NCBI RefSeq assembly: GCF_963506605.1
Contig: NC_083276.1
Span: 73,594,001-73,658,000 of the forward strand
From: Zootoca vivipara
Taxonomy: Eukaryota
DNA length: 64,000 bases
Direction: 5' to 3'
The notes beneath the pieces are model-generated. The model did no database searches. It saw nothing but the letters and a program-made list of their open reading frames with translations, and was not told the origin of the DNA. This document shows, in pieces, positions 49,194-60,494 of the stretch. Every line of letters begins with the position of its first letter. Position 1 is the first letter of the stretch. Position numbers and translations under genes: made by a program.

Positions 49194-49524
49194 CTTAAAC
49201 CACAGAGCCTAGGGCTTGCCGATCAGAAGGTCGGCGGTTCGAATCCCCGCGATGGGGTGAGCTCCCGTTGCTCGGTCCCAGCTCCTGCCAACCTAGCAGT
49301 TCAAAAGCACATCAAAGTGCAAGTAGATATATAGGTACCGCTACAGCGGGAGGGTAAACGGTGTTTCCATGCGCTGCTCTGGTTCGCCAGAAGCGGCTTT
49401 GTCATGCTGGCCACATGACCTGGAAGCTGTACATCGGCTCCCTCGGCCAATAACGTGAGATGAGCGCCACAACCCCAGAGTCGGTCATGACTGAACTTAA
49501 TGGTCAGGGGTGCCTTTACCTTTT
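49194..49524 (+). mobile_element. Sauria SINE, slightly 5'-truncated
   Basis: Colinear with 39941-40270. Confidence 0.95.
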
Positions 49525-49710
49525 TAAGCCTCATTAAATTCAGTGAGATTTGCCTCTGAGGAGAGGTGGTAACATTGAAAAAACTTAATATGGATGCCAA
49601 AAATGCCACATATCAGGAACTATTAGGGGGAAAAAGAAAATGAACTATCTCTAAAGAAATATGAAGAAATAAAAGAACATTTGACCGATTGGCTATAATA
49701 TTTCCAAATA

Positions 49711-49953
49711 CAGTGGTACCTCTACTTACGAATTTAATGTGTTCCGAACACACATTCGTAAGTCGAAAAAAATTGTAAGTCGAATCCCATAGGAATGCAT
49801 TGGGAGAAAAAATTTGTAAGTCAAAGCAACCCTATCTAAAAATTCATAAGTAGAAAAAATCCTATCTATACCGCATCCAAGATGGCGGACGGAGCTTTGT
49901 TCGTAAGTAGAAGCATTCGTAAGTAGAGTTCTTCGTAAGTAGAGGTACCACTG
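49711..49953. mobile_element. Tigger/pogo-like MITE
   Basis: Perfect 22-bp TIR CAGTGGTACCTCTACTTACGAA; TA TSD; internal TCGTAAGT repeats. Confidence 0.93.
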
Positions 49954-49960
49954 TAAATCA

Positions 49961-50558
49961 TGTGGGATGGAATACTGGGGCAGACAAGTCACAACAATTC
50001 CCAGAGTGTCCACATGGAGGACTCACCTGGAGGAACACCTGACCAAGGCTCAGTTTTCTGTTCCTCCAGACATGCAGATGAGATGGATTAGCTGGCAGAT
50101 AAAAGCCCCTAGCCAGCAGCCATTCTGTCTCTTAGCCATCTCTTCTTCAATGGGAACACATCTCCAGAGAATCTCCAGTTAGGATGGTTCTCCCTCTCGG
50201 CCTACTGCCAAGAGAGAGACCAGATGGAGCCTTACTCTACTAAGTAGACTCCAGATGTACATATTTGTAACTTTTCTACGTAAGCCTGCCTCTCTGAGAT
50301 TACACTGTTAACTCAGGATGTCATATGAGTAAACTCTATCTTATTTTAATACTATTGTGTTGTGTATTTCTTTTAAGAGGGAAAAGGGGGATTTGCCAGG
50401 AAGTATAATGTTGTAGAGGTTTTAACAAACCTAAATGCACAGCTTTGCTGCACACAAAAGGGGAATATCACTCTGCTAATATTGGAAGCTTGCTAACACA
50501 AGCTTGGATGGGATCTATCTAATAATATATCCTAATCCACATCCCTAACATTCCCACA
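49961..50558. mobile_element. Solo LTR (598 bp)
   Basis: Termini TGTGGGA...TCCCACA; 5-bp TSD AATCA (49956-49960, 50559-50563); its removal restores the L1 frame. Confidence 0.88.
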
Positions 50559-51331
50559 AATCAAAGGTTTATTTTAGACAAAAAAATGGGACTTGCAAAA
50601 GAAAAATCCAAATTTGAAATAGAATTGATTCAGAGAATGGAAAATATATTTCACGCCTATACAATCTGCTGCTAGAATGGGAACTTAAAGAAGAACAAAC
50701 AAAAAGAGTTATGATAAGATGGGCTCAAGATCTTGGGTACAATGTCCTAATAGAACATTGGGAAAGGTTGTGGAAGGAGGATATGAAATTTACCACCTGT
50801 TATAATCTAAGGGAGAATATTCTAAAGATGATGTATAGGTGGTATCAAACACCTGAGAAAATTGCCAAAATGTATAAAAACAAATCACCTGTGTGCTGCA
50901 GGTGTAGTGGAGAAAAGGGATCCTTTATGCACATGTGGTGGAGTTGCCCCACCATTGGTCACTATTAGAATATGATTTATGAAGAACTAAAAAACCTATT
51001 AAAACATACATTCAGGAAAAAAACAGAAATATCCTTATTAAACATAATACGAGAAGATATTAAAACAAAAAAGAATATTGCTAATGTATGGATTAGTAGC
51101 AACAAGAGTCCTAGTGGCTCGAAATTGGAAATCCAAAAATTTACCCAGCATAACAGATTGGCAAACTCTGATGTTAGAATATTTATAGTTGGCAAAAACA
51201 ACAGCAAGGATAAGAGGACAAATGAGACAAAAAGCACAGGAGGAATAGAAGATGTTTAAGGGATATTTATTGAAAAATGGAATATCTGAAACCATAATAG
51301 CAGACTTAGGCTGAACCTATTGTAAATAGTA

Positions 51332-52029
51332 CCGTGTTTCTCATATTATAAGACACATCTTATATTTATTTTTTCCTGAAAAAAACACACCATGGCTTAT
51401 TTTCAAGGGATGTCTTATTTTTTAATTAAGTACCGGTACCGGTATCTGTACAGACCACAGACCTGCTCCCACCAGGGCTTCGCGTGTGGCAGGCAAAGGC
51501 TGCAGCCGGCCCTGGGGCTGCGCGCGCGGCAGGCAAAGGCTGCAGCCGGGTCCTGGGGCTGCGCGCTGAGGCTACAGCCAGGTCCCAGGTGTCAGCGTGC
51601 GGTGCGCAAAGGCTGCAGCCGGGTCTTGGGGCTGCGCGCGCTGTGCGCTGAGGCTGCAGCTGGGTCTTGGGGCTGCGCGCGCTGTGCGCTGAGGCTGCAG
51701 CTGGGTCTTGGGGCTGCGCGCGCTGTGCGCTGAGGCTGCAGCCGGGTCTTGGGGCTGCGCACGCTGTGCGCTGAGGCTACAGCCAGGTCCCGGGTGTCCG
51801 CGCACGGTGCGCAAAGGCTGCAGCCGGGTTCTGGGGCTGCGCGCACTGCGCGCTGAGGCTGCAGCCAGGTCCCGGGGGTTAACGCGGCAGCAGCAACCCT
51901 TCTTTGCCACAGACCTGCTCCCACCACCTGGTACGGCTTATTTTCGAGGTATGCCTTATATTTTTCCACCTCAGGAAAATCCTGCCATGCCTTATTTTGT
52001 AGGGATGCCTTAAAATATGAGAAACACGG
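51332..52029. mobile_element. Tc1-mariner non-autonomous element with internal minisatellite
   Basis: 21-bp TIR CCGTGTTTCTCATATT(A/T)TAAG (20/21 match); TA on both flanks. Confidence 0.9.
51490..51880. repeat. 41-bp CpG-rich minisatellite (~9-10 units)
   Basis: AGGCT(G/A)CAGC recurs at 51569, 51610, 51651, 51692, 51733, 51774, 51815 and 51856. Confidence 0.96.
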
Positions 52030-52512
52030 TAAGAAATGAAATAAGTAGATACAGTATTCACAAATGTGCGATAAAATAAGAATAGCATAAATTACAGAGA
52101 GAATAATTGGAAGAGCTGTTTTTAAGGTTATTTGTTTTTTTCTGATTTTCTTTTTTCTGCTCGGTAATTTCTGTGTGAGTTTTTGTATTTTTTTGTAATT
52201 TTTGTATGCATTTTTCTTTTTCACTATCAAGTCTGTATTTTAAAATTTTGTTGTAGTGAGCTAAGTAAACAAACAAAAAACAGATTTGTAGCAATGCTAG
52301 GATGAGGGTTGAATGGGAGAAAAGAAGGAAATCTGCTTGACAGTCCATTTTCAACAGATTCCTCCATCTCTGTGAAATTAAAGTTGGTTTGGTGGTCTTG
52401 TGCATCAAACCCACTTCTCCTCAAACAGGACTTTTTGCAGTTGAGAAAGTGATGGAAAACTTCACTGGAAAGTGTGGGGTGACAACTACTTGACACAATG
52501 TCATATAGCTTA

Positions 52513-52861
52513 AAGGTAAAGGGAACCCTGACCATTAGGTCCAGTCGTGACTGACTCTGGGGTTGCGCGCTCATCTCGCGTTATTGGCTGAGGGAGCCGG
52601 CGTACAGCTTCTAGGTCATGTGGCCAGCATGACTAAGCCACTTCTGGCGAACCAGAGCAGCACACGGAAACGCCATTTACCTTCCCTACAGAGCGGTCCC
52701 TATTTATCTACTTGCACTTTGACGTGCTTTTGGACTGCTAGGTTGGCAGGAGCTGGGACCGAGCAATGGGAGCTCACCCCGTCGTGGGGATTCGAACTGC
52801 CGACATTCTGATCAGTAAGCCCTAGGCTCTGTGGTTTAACCCACAGCTCCACCTGCGTCCC
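52513..52861 (-). mobile_element. Full-length Sauria SINE
   Basis: Reverse complement of the 39919-40270 type; perfect 14-bp TSD TGTCATATAGCTTA (52499-52512, 52862-52875). Confidence 0.96.
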
Positions 52862-53164
52862 TGTCATATAGCTTACCCACACCAAAAAAAACAAGCCATA
52901 TTACCTCCTCACAAACTTTGTGCAAACAAATAAGGAAGAATGCTTGATAAACAGGTTGTCTGGAAGCATCCTGCACTTATCGTTTATACAGGAATAAATC
53001 CTGCTGAAATCAATGGGATTTCCTGAGATGGAATTGTGATAAGGATTTCTACCTGGACAAAACATAGTATATCAATACCGTCAGATTAGAGTTTAATTTC
53101 TGGCTCTACCAAACCTACTTATGTGACACTGAATAAAGTGTATGAATCCAGATATTCCAAAGTA

Positions 53165-53682
53165 CAGAGGTAACTTGGTTCTCAAATGCCTTGGTACTCA
53201 GACAACTTGGAAACCAAACACTGCAAACCCGAAAGTTTAAGTGTTCCAGTTTGCGAACTTTTTTCAGAAGTCAAACGTGCTCTGTTTTGAGTGCCATGCT
53301 TCTAATTTCAGTGCCACACTTCCGTTTTGAGTGTTACGCTGAGGTCTGTCTGTTTTTGCTATTTATTTTGTGTTTTTGTTTTTGCAGCTTTTTTTGTTTT
53401 ATTTTTGTGACTGTGTGCAACCCAGATTGACTACTGATAGATTGATTGATTGTTTGTGTGACTGCAGTACATTGTTTATTGCTTTCATTTTATGGATCAA
53501 TGGTCTCGTTAGATAGTAAAATTCAGGTTAAATTGCTGTTCTAAGGATTGTTTTTAAAAGTCTGGAGTGGATTCATCCATTTTGCATAACTTCCTATGGG
53601 AAAGCTCACTTTGGTTTTGGAACGCTTTGGTTTTGGAACGGATTTCCGGAACGGATTAAGTTTGAGAACCAAGGTACCACTG
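53165..53682. mobile_element. Tigger/pogo-like non-autonomous element, sister of 48450-48951 in opposite orientation
   Basis: TA flanks; ends CAGAGGTAACTTGGTTCTCAAA / TTTGAGAACCAAGGTACCACTG. Confidence 0.9.
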
Positions 53683-53722
53683 TATGTGGTTAAGTGACCG
53701 GAGTAATTCATACAATCTAAGA

Positions 53723-53858
53723 CAGGCATGTCAAACCTTCGGCCCTCCAGATGTTTTGGACTACAATTCCCATCTTCCCCAACCACTGGTCCTGCTAGCT
53801 AGGGATCATGGGAATTGTAGGCCAAAATATCTGGAGGGCCGCAGGTTTGACATGCCTG
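53723..53858. mobile_element. 136-bp hAT (Charlie/Buster-like) MITE
   Basis: Perfect TIR CAGGCATGTCAAACC; perfect TSD ATCTAAGA. Confidence 0.94.
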
Positions 53859-54070
53859 ATCTAAGACATAAAGAGCAAAATATCAGCCTGGTGGTGAATT
53901 GTCCCTCCCTGATGCCTGAATTAGGGAAATGAGACGTGATGGCAGTTCTAACCCCATTTACCTGGAAGTGAAACCCATTGAATTTAACAGGACTTACTTC
54001 TGAGGAGACATGGTTGGGACTGCAGTCACAGATAGCTTTGAGGTGGGCCATTGACTACATTAACTTTGCC

Positions 54071-54132
54071 TTTAAGGTGCCACAAGACTGTTGCTTTTGC
54101 TGCAAAAGACTAATAGGGCTGCTCCTCTGGAA
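54071..54132 (+). mobile_element. Penelope-like terminal fragment, older subfamily
   Basis: TTTAAGGTGCCACAAGACT...TTTTGCTGCAAAAGACTAATAGGGCTGCTCCTCTGGAA resembles reptile PLE ends as I recall them; not verified. Confidence 0.5.
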
Positions 54133-55099
54133 GTTCATTAGCTTTGAAAAGGAAAACATAGGAGAAGCAATTCATTTGTAATTATCTGTTGATGACTGAT
54201 ATTTCAATGACTATTGTGTGCGGTTAGATCTGTAAAAAAAAAGAAAAAGGAAAGGTATATTTCCCTATCAGCAGACAGCAAAACAGAATAAAGGCTTCTG
54301 CAAAATAAACCAGTTACAGCAGGATAGAAAATACCAGATGAAAGTATAAATGAATTTCAGAACGGATTGGTGCATATTTGCACATCTCTTCACCACTTGC
54401 ATTTGCTGGTATGTGATTGAATTCCACATGGAAATAGTGATAGCCTGGAAGTACCAATGGCCTTATCTAACATCCAAACACAGGAAAAGTGGAAACTCTG
54501 TTGTGGACAAGAGAATATTTCAGGCAATAATGTGCCACGGTGTTCATACATATCAAATTCCACTCCTCTGAATAGCTTGCAGGAAGCATTGGGAAAGGGC
54601 CGGGGCTGGAGGCAATTATTAACAAAGCTTTATTGCAAACACCAGTCTTTGGGCCACTCTCAGGCACTGTAGCAAACTTCCCATGAGAACAGAGTGTGCC
54701 TCTTAACACACTGCAGGATCCAATTAGAAGAGACAGTGACTGTAATTAGCATGCTCAAGAAAACACATCTAAAGACAGCTGTGACATATTCCTTTGAGTC
54801 AGGCAGGAGCAAGATAGAATTCTCAAAATCGCCCTCCTATCCAGTCAGCTTAAAAATGAAAATAGTTTTGACCTTAACTGACACAGTGATGAAGCTTGTT
54901 CTACCCCCAATCATCCATCCCATCTTCCCAGGCCATATGGCCTAATACCTCACTCACCAGCTTTTCAACATGGCCCTCTGTCTTCAGGGCTCCAATCCTA
55001 AGCAGTCATTAAAGAGCCATTTCAAAGGATTGCCGGGTTTCAAATTGTACATTGTTTCAGAAAGTGAATTGGGTAGATTCACCTTTAAATGCTAACTGA

Positions 55100-55195
55100 A
55101 TTCCTTCCAGTAAATCTTAAGAGGCCAACTAAGTTTGTCATTGGTATGAGCTTTCGTGTGCATGCACACTTCTTCAGATACAACACGGCTACCTA
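55100..55195 (-). mobile_element. Penelope-like element pseudo-LTR fragment
   Basis: Minus strand CTGAAGAAGTGTGCATGCACACGAAAGCTCATACCAATGACAAACTTAGTTGG...; second copy at 1-28; contains a minimal hammerhead motif characteristic of PLEs. Confidence 0.75.
55144..55181 (-). ncRNA. Minimal type I hammerhead ribozyme motif
   Basis: GUAU-CUGAAGA-A-GUGUG(CAUG)CACAC-GAAA-GC-UC^AUAC: conserved core, 5-bp stem II, 4-bp stem I, palindromic AGCU stem III. Confidence 0.75.
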
Positions 55196-55431
55196 GGTAA
55201 AGGTAAAGGGATCATTAGGTCCAGTCGTGACCAACTCTGGGGTTGCGGCGCTCATCTCGCGTTATTGGCCGAGGGAGCTGGTGTACAGCTTCCGGGACAT
55301 GTGGCCAGCATGACAAAAGCCGCTTCTGGCGATCCAGAGCAGCACACAGAAACACCATTTATCTTCCTGCTGTAGCGGTACCTATTTATCTACTTGCACT
55401 CTGATGTGCTTTCAAACTGCTAGGTTGGCAG
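55196..55431 (-). mobile_element. Sauria SINE, 5'-truncated, with 26-bp TSD
   Basis: TTCTTCAGATACAACA(C/T)GGCTACCTA at 55170-55195 and 55442-55467. Confidence 0.93.
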
Positions 55432-55562
55432 TTCTTTAGTATTCTTCAGATACAACATGGCTACCTACCTGTAACTAAATGAATAAAGGTTTAACTTCGA
55501 TATGTGAACCAAACTTACATGCTGTTTATTTAACCTTTACTTCTCTAATAAGTCCAAGAGTT

Positions 55563-55707
55563 GAACCATTGGATTTTAGAGTTGGAAGGGACCCTGACGA
55601 TCATCTAGTCCAACCCCCTGCAATATGCAGCTGTCCCATACAGGGATTGAACCTGCAATCTTGGCATTATCAGCACTATGCTCTTAACCAACCGAGCTAT
55701 CCAGGCC
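55563..55707 (-). mobile_element. Short SINE: tRNA-Ile-derived head with CR1-derived tail (probably a Squam2/P.s.1-type lacertid SINE)
   Basis: Minus strand GGCCTGGATAGCTCGGTTGGTTAAGAGCATAGTGCTGATAATGCCAAGATTGCAGGTTCAATCCCTGTATGGGACA, then GCAGGGGGTTGGACTAGATG...CTTCCAACTCTA, as in the CR1 tail at 27410-27455. Confidence 0.8.
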
Positions 55708-57390
55708 TTCAACTTCCCTAATTCCTAAAAAACTATCCAAGAGATAACCCAGGTTGTTTTAACAGACTCTAATTCACACAACCACATCAGCACACTATAC
55801 ATCTGAGATTCTGAGTGGAGTGGATTTGTGCAGAGCCCGGCACACGCTGAAGCAGGTCATATGATTGCTTCAGTGTATGCCCAGCTACAACTTCACTCTA
55901 TCCCTGTTCTCATACAGTCATGGCTATGTAAAGGCAATTCCAGGGAAGAGCAAAACGGCGCTTCTGAGAAAAGTACATATTGGAGAACGTTCATCAATAT
56001 GTGGAGATCGTGCCTACTGTCCTGACATGATACTTTCAAATGAAATAAACATTCCAAAGATATGCTGAGAAGCCTGGGTCAGTCGTCAGTAAATCACTTC
56101 TGTCAAACAGCTGCTGAACAGCAGTACCCTGGGCTCAGCTGCATTGGTTCCAGCACATCTGCTCGGAAGTGGGGAAGGCAACTATGTGGGTTCAGCTGCA
56201 AAAGGGAGAACAATTCTCAGGGAAGTGTTGAAATTGATCTCTGCTCATCTGGGCCCTTGGCTTTAGAGTTACACCAATGCTTACATCCAAAGTGGTACCT
56301 GATTGTCATCCAACAGAGAACCAAGATTTGCAGGGCTCTGTGTTACAGCTGCCCATCACCCATTTTTCCAAAGTGCTATTAGTTTATAATGTTGATGAAT
56401 GGTTTCACTACATTTTCCTGCCACATGGTATAGGAAAAAAATTGATCATCTATCAGGTGGAAATATAACACACACAAATACGGTAGGTCCATTGTAAGTC
56501 AAACTACAAGAGTAAGAAAGAGGATAGTAGTACTAGGAAAAAGGTTACTGTGTGTAATTTCAAGACTTTAAAGGCCTGTCCCATACCTTTTGGGTTAATA
56601 GCTTATTCTTTATACATGACCCTTCCTCCACCAGTGTCCCGTATTGGCTGCAATTTGAAGACTTTCTTGCCAAAGTATAAATGTAATTTTAAATCACGTA
56701 ATCTACAAAAAGATTTAAAATTCAAATAAAAGCAATATAATAAAATAGCAAAGCAAGCAAATATGGAGCAACAAACTCCACAAATGACTTTGCTTCCAGG
56801 ACATGTTGAAAATTATCTGTCGGACAACCAGCTCACAAAACATGTACATTGCTGGACATACATTCAAGCTTTTCACATACATTTAATTAAGATGAAAACA
56901 GAGGGTACTAAGGCCCAGGTCCAGATCTGTCAGGCTGCCAGTTCTGTCTGTATGCCTCCAAACGAAGAGGACACCAGGAAAGGCAATTCTCAGAACTGGA
57001 TTAGGGCAATATTTGCTTGGAATACTTTAAAACTTTTCTTTGCAGTTAATTCCAGGAGCTCACTAAACACATCCCTCAGAAGGAACATTTCCAAACTTTA
57101 TCTGATCATCTCTTGCTCCTCATGATCGTGTGGCTTGGCCCTGGCTAATGAGTATAAAGCAATGCAGTGGCGGAAAAAACCCAATCCATCTCCAAGTCCG
57201 AATAACCGAAACCAGCTACTTTTCTCAGAAGAAAAATGCACCAACCTGAAACAGCAAGGAAGATCCATGAATTCATTAGTATGCTCCCATAAATAGTTTG
57301 AGCATTCTCTTGCAAAGCTGTCCATGCCAGGTGCTTACGACCCTTAGTCATCAGTTAAATTGGACCCTTTGCAATGAACCACTTTAGAAC

Positions 57391-57392
<2 letters not shown>

Positions 57393-57452
<60 letters not shown>
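57393..57452. repeat. (GA)n microsatellite
   Basis: About 30 units, one interruption. Confidence 0.97.
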
Positions 57453-57453
<1 letters not shown>

Positions 57454-59521
57454 TTCTTGGGTCAAATGCCGCCGTCAAGGCTTCCCTATGTGACCCTTGG
57501 GAGCCAGCTCAGGCCATACACCTTCTCCAGCCATTTCCCCATTAATATGGCTCTCCCAATTACAGGGAGAGAGTGGGGTAAAAGGATGCTTCCTTTCTTA
57601 GCTGCTTTCACATTCATGACCAATAAAATCAAGGCAAATCTTAATCTGAACACCTCAAGAACTGCTATGAAAGTTTAGTCTGTGTATGCTAGTTCTTAAG
57701 ACTAAGAGCACAGTTTTGCTTTTTCCTCATCCTGGTCTAGTGAAAAATACATAATCCCAGGTGCACAAAACCTCCTGGCTGATTCAGTACTTCATCAATG
57801 TTTCTGTCAGGTACACAGACTTAGGATGTGCAGGCAAAAATGGAATCCCTTTGCAAAGTTTCAGCTGAGACTTAAATCCAGTGTGAAATTTTAAGGTATT
57901 TAAATAAGCATTTAGCAAAGGAACTTTTAAAACAAAACAAAAAGTTTTCTGAGTGATTCATTGACTGACACATTCTAATTCAGGAGAATTCTCCCATTCA
58001 GGCTCAGAATTAGACTAGGAAAGTCCAACTATTGTCAACCCCTCCTTGAAAAACCTTAGGAAATAACTTGGCTTGTTCCAAGCCCATTTGCCAACCCAGC
58101 AGGAAGTGTTCTAAATCATCTTCCCAACCCCCTGTTCCCTCAGCAGCTGTGTGGTCCTTGTTCATATGTAGTTCCTCCCTGTTTTAGGTAAGGACCTTGC
58201 TTAAGGGACGTTTCTTGACAGAATACATCAGGCTGAAGTCCAGGCCTCCTCCTGCATATGTAGGCGTGTTTATATCTGCAGCTAAGATGTCAGGCTGTGT
58301 TTTCACTCATTGTGGAGCTGGGAGGAGATTCTCTAATGTTGGAGAAGTGAAGTCTAGCTCTGGCCTCTGAGGTTTCAGGTGTTTTGGCAAGCTAATATTA
58401 CATATGCATTTGTACAACGGATTTTATGACAGAATGTTGAAGAAGCTTGAAAATAATGAACTCATAATGCAAGTTTTATTTGCTCACAATACTTCATCTT
58501 ATTGTAAAACAAGCAATCTCCCCCTGCCAAAGCACCCCCCCCTTGTCCTGATTGCAATTCATATTGAAGTGCTATGAGTTGATGTCCCGCTTTTGCATCT
58601 GTACAGTTGGCATTCATCGTACAATGTAAAAAGCTACTGTTAGGGCATGCTCAGAATTTGATTGCTTCTAACTCCATACTAGGTTTCAGAAAGTGACATT
58701 ACTTCCTGGCTCAGTTGCTTTGTATCATAATTTACAAAAGAAAGGCCTGGCTCCATCATGGTCATGGAAGATTGGAAAGGGTGGGTATGTTCCAAGAGCA
58801 TGTTCTTTTCCACGATCTGTTCTAACCAATGCTAGGCAACGTTTTACATGCCTGTCTTCTACTTTGACTTCTCCAACAACCCATAATAGTTGCAGCAAAG
58901 TTTTATTGGGCTGCTCAGAGAAAAGGGGAAAGCTCAAGGATCCACCGTTACGGGAGGTTTGGATTATCTTTTCAGCTACTGTACTTTTAGAGTTTTTTAA
59001 AAAAATGGCCCTATAAATTAATGAATTTTGGGGGTCAAGGCTCTTTTTCTAGCCTTGCTACAAACTGGCCTAAGTGTCTTGTTTCAGGAAAAAAGAATGA
59101 TCGTTTACTTTCCAAGGGCTGAAATGGTTAAAACAAACAGCGAAAAGGGCCACCCACCCCTACACTTAATTGTCCTTTGGTAGTCCGCAGGGGGCAGCCA
59201 AATCAAAGCAGTTCTAGGAAATTAATAAAACAACAAAAAACACTATTTTCACAAGAATCTGTCCTTGATTAAAGCTGAAAACATGGCAGGCAGGCAGAAA
59301 GGGAACCGATTGTTCAGTGTGGTGTGCATAAAGATAAATAAAAAGAGAGAGTTTTATTTGTTCAGGGCACGATGTAGAAATCTGTGAAGTCCGGTGAAAC
59401 AATGGTAAAACTCTATCACAGTCACACAGTGGTTTTTAAAGCAGACCTTAGGTTGGCGCTAAAGGTAACAAATCAAATTGCTGGAAAGGTGGGTGAATGG
59501 AATCATGATGAACAACCTGCC

Positions 59522-59849
59522 CAGTGCCGGATGTATGTACTGTATAAGCTAAACAAGCTATAGCTTAGGGCCCCACTCTCTTGGGGCCCCCCAAAAAAAT
59601 TTAAAGGAAAAAAAGGATGTACATTTCCAAAATAAAACCTACATACAGCAACAGTGTTTTGTGTTGTGTCGCACATATTTTGTTACGTGCAAATGGCTTT
59701 AGATACTATTAGGTCCATAAATTACCATATAGCATATATTCAACACAAAAAACAGCAACAATTTGTTGTTGACAAAGGACAGCTGGACATATAAAGGGCC
59801 CCATTACCTTCAGTAGCTCAGGGCCTCATCAAACCTAAATCCGGCCCTG
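59522..59849. mobile_element. hAT MITE
   Basis: TIRs CAGTGCCGGAT / ATCCGGCCCTG; TSD AACCTGCC / AACCGGCC (7/8). Confidence 0.82.
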
Positions 59850-59899
59850 AACCGGCCAAGCTATTAGTACAAATCGGCATGAATAACATTTTTTAAAAA

Positions 59900-59901
59900 A
59901 A

Positions 59902-59938
<37 letters not shown>

Positions 59939-60036
59939 ACCCCGCCCATCTGGCTGGGTTTCCCCAGCCACTCTGGGCGGCTTCCAACAGACTATTAAAA
60001 TACAATAATCTATTAAACATTAAAAGCTTCCCTAAA
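59900..60036 (-). mobile_element. L2 LINE 3' end with trinucleotide tail
   Basis: Reverse complement of the 37383-37490 type sequence. Confidence 0.88.
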
Positions 60037-60360
60037 TACCACTTGCAACTTTTTGTTCTGTTGGTACATTACACTGCTGTGTGGACAGACACTTGTACCT
60101 GAACATTAGAAAACCTCCAGTCATTTTAACACTTGAGAACCACACTCTGGCAGCAGATCTGGTAAAAGTGCACCACAAGGTGCTCCCTGTAATAGCACCT
60201 TGTGCCAAAGTTACACTGGACCAGCCAACAAGATCAGTTAATAGTTAAGCCAAGGGTGATTTGACGTTTGCTTAGTCAACATAAGAAAGAATATCTATAC
60301 AGAAACGTCTATCTCATTGATTTAAAAATGGTGGGTACCTTTGTTCTGGGGAGTATTCTT

Positions 60361-60494
60361 TTTTTAAAAAAAAATATTTTTTATTAAATTTTCCAAATAA
60401 ACAAAACAAATTACATTCCATCTTAAATTCACCCTTCTCAGTCCTTTCGCTCTGCCGAGCTCATGACTTCCCTCCCTTCCGCCATTCAGGGGGC
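60361..60494 (-). mobile_element. Short poly(A)-type retroposed fragment, probably an L1 3' end, with 13-bp TSD
   Basis: GGGGAGTATTCTT at 60348-60360 and 60495-60507; minus-strand AATAAA followed by an A-rich tail. Confidence 0.8.

Larger units (their letters stand above)
49570..52250 (+). mobile_element. L1-clade LINE 3' part (ORF2 C-terminus and 3' UTR), interrupted by three insertions
   Basis: ORF 50711-50968 carries an L1-type Cys/His motif (CCRC...HMWWSC); the upstream frame is restorable across the insertions; A-rich sense strand. Outer boundaries are approximate. Confidence 0.8.

Noticed and set aside
51392-52230. ORFs of 100-212 aa
   Set aside because: Stop-poor 41-bp minisatellite plus low-complexity L1 3' UTR.
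55631-55707. tRNA-Ile(GAT) gene
   Set aside because: The acceptor stem does not pair cleanly, CpG decay is evident, there is no oligo-T terminator, and it is fused to a CR1 tail, so it is a SINE head.
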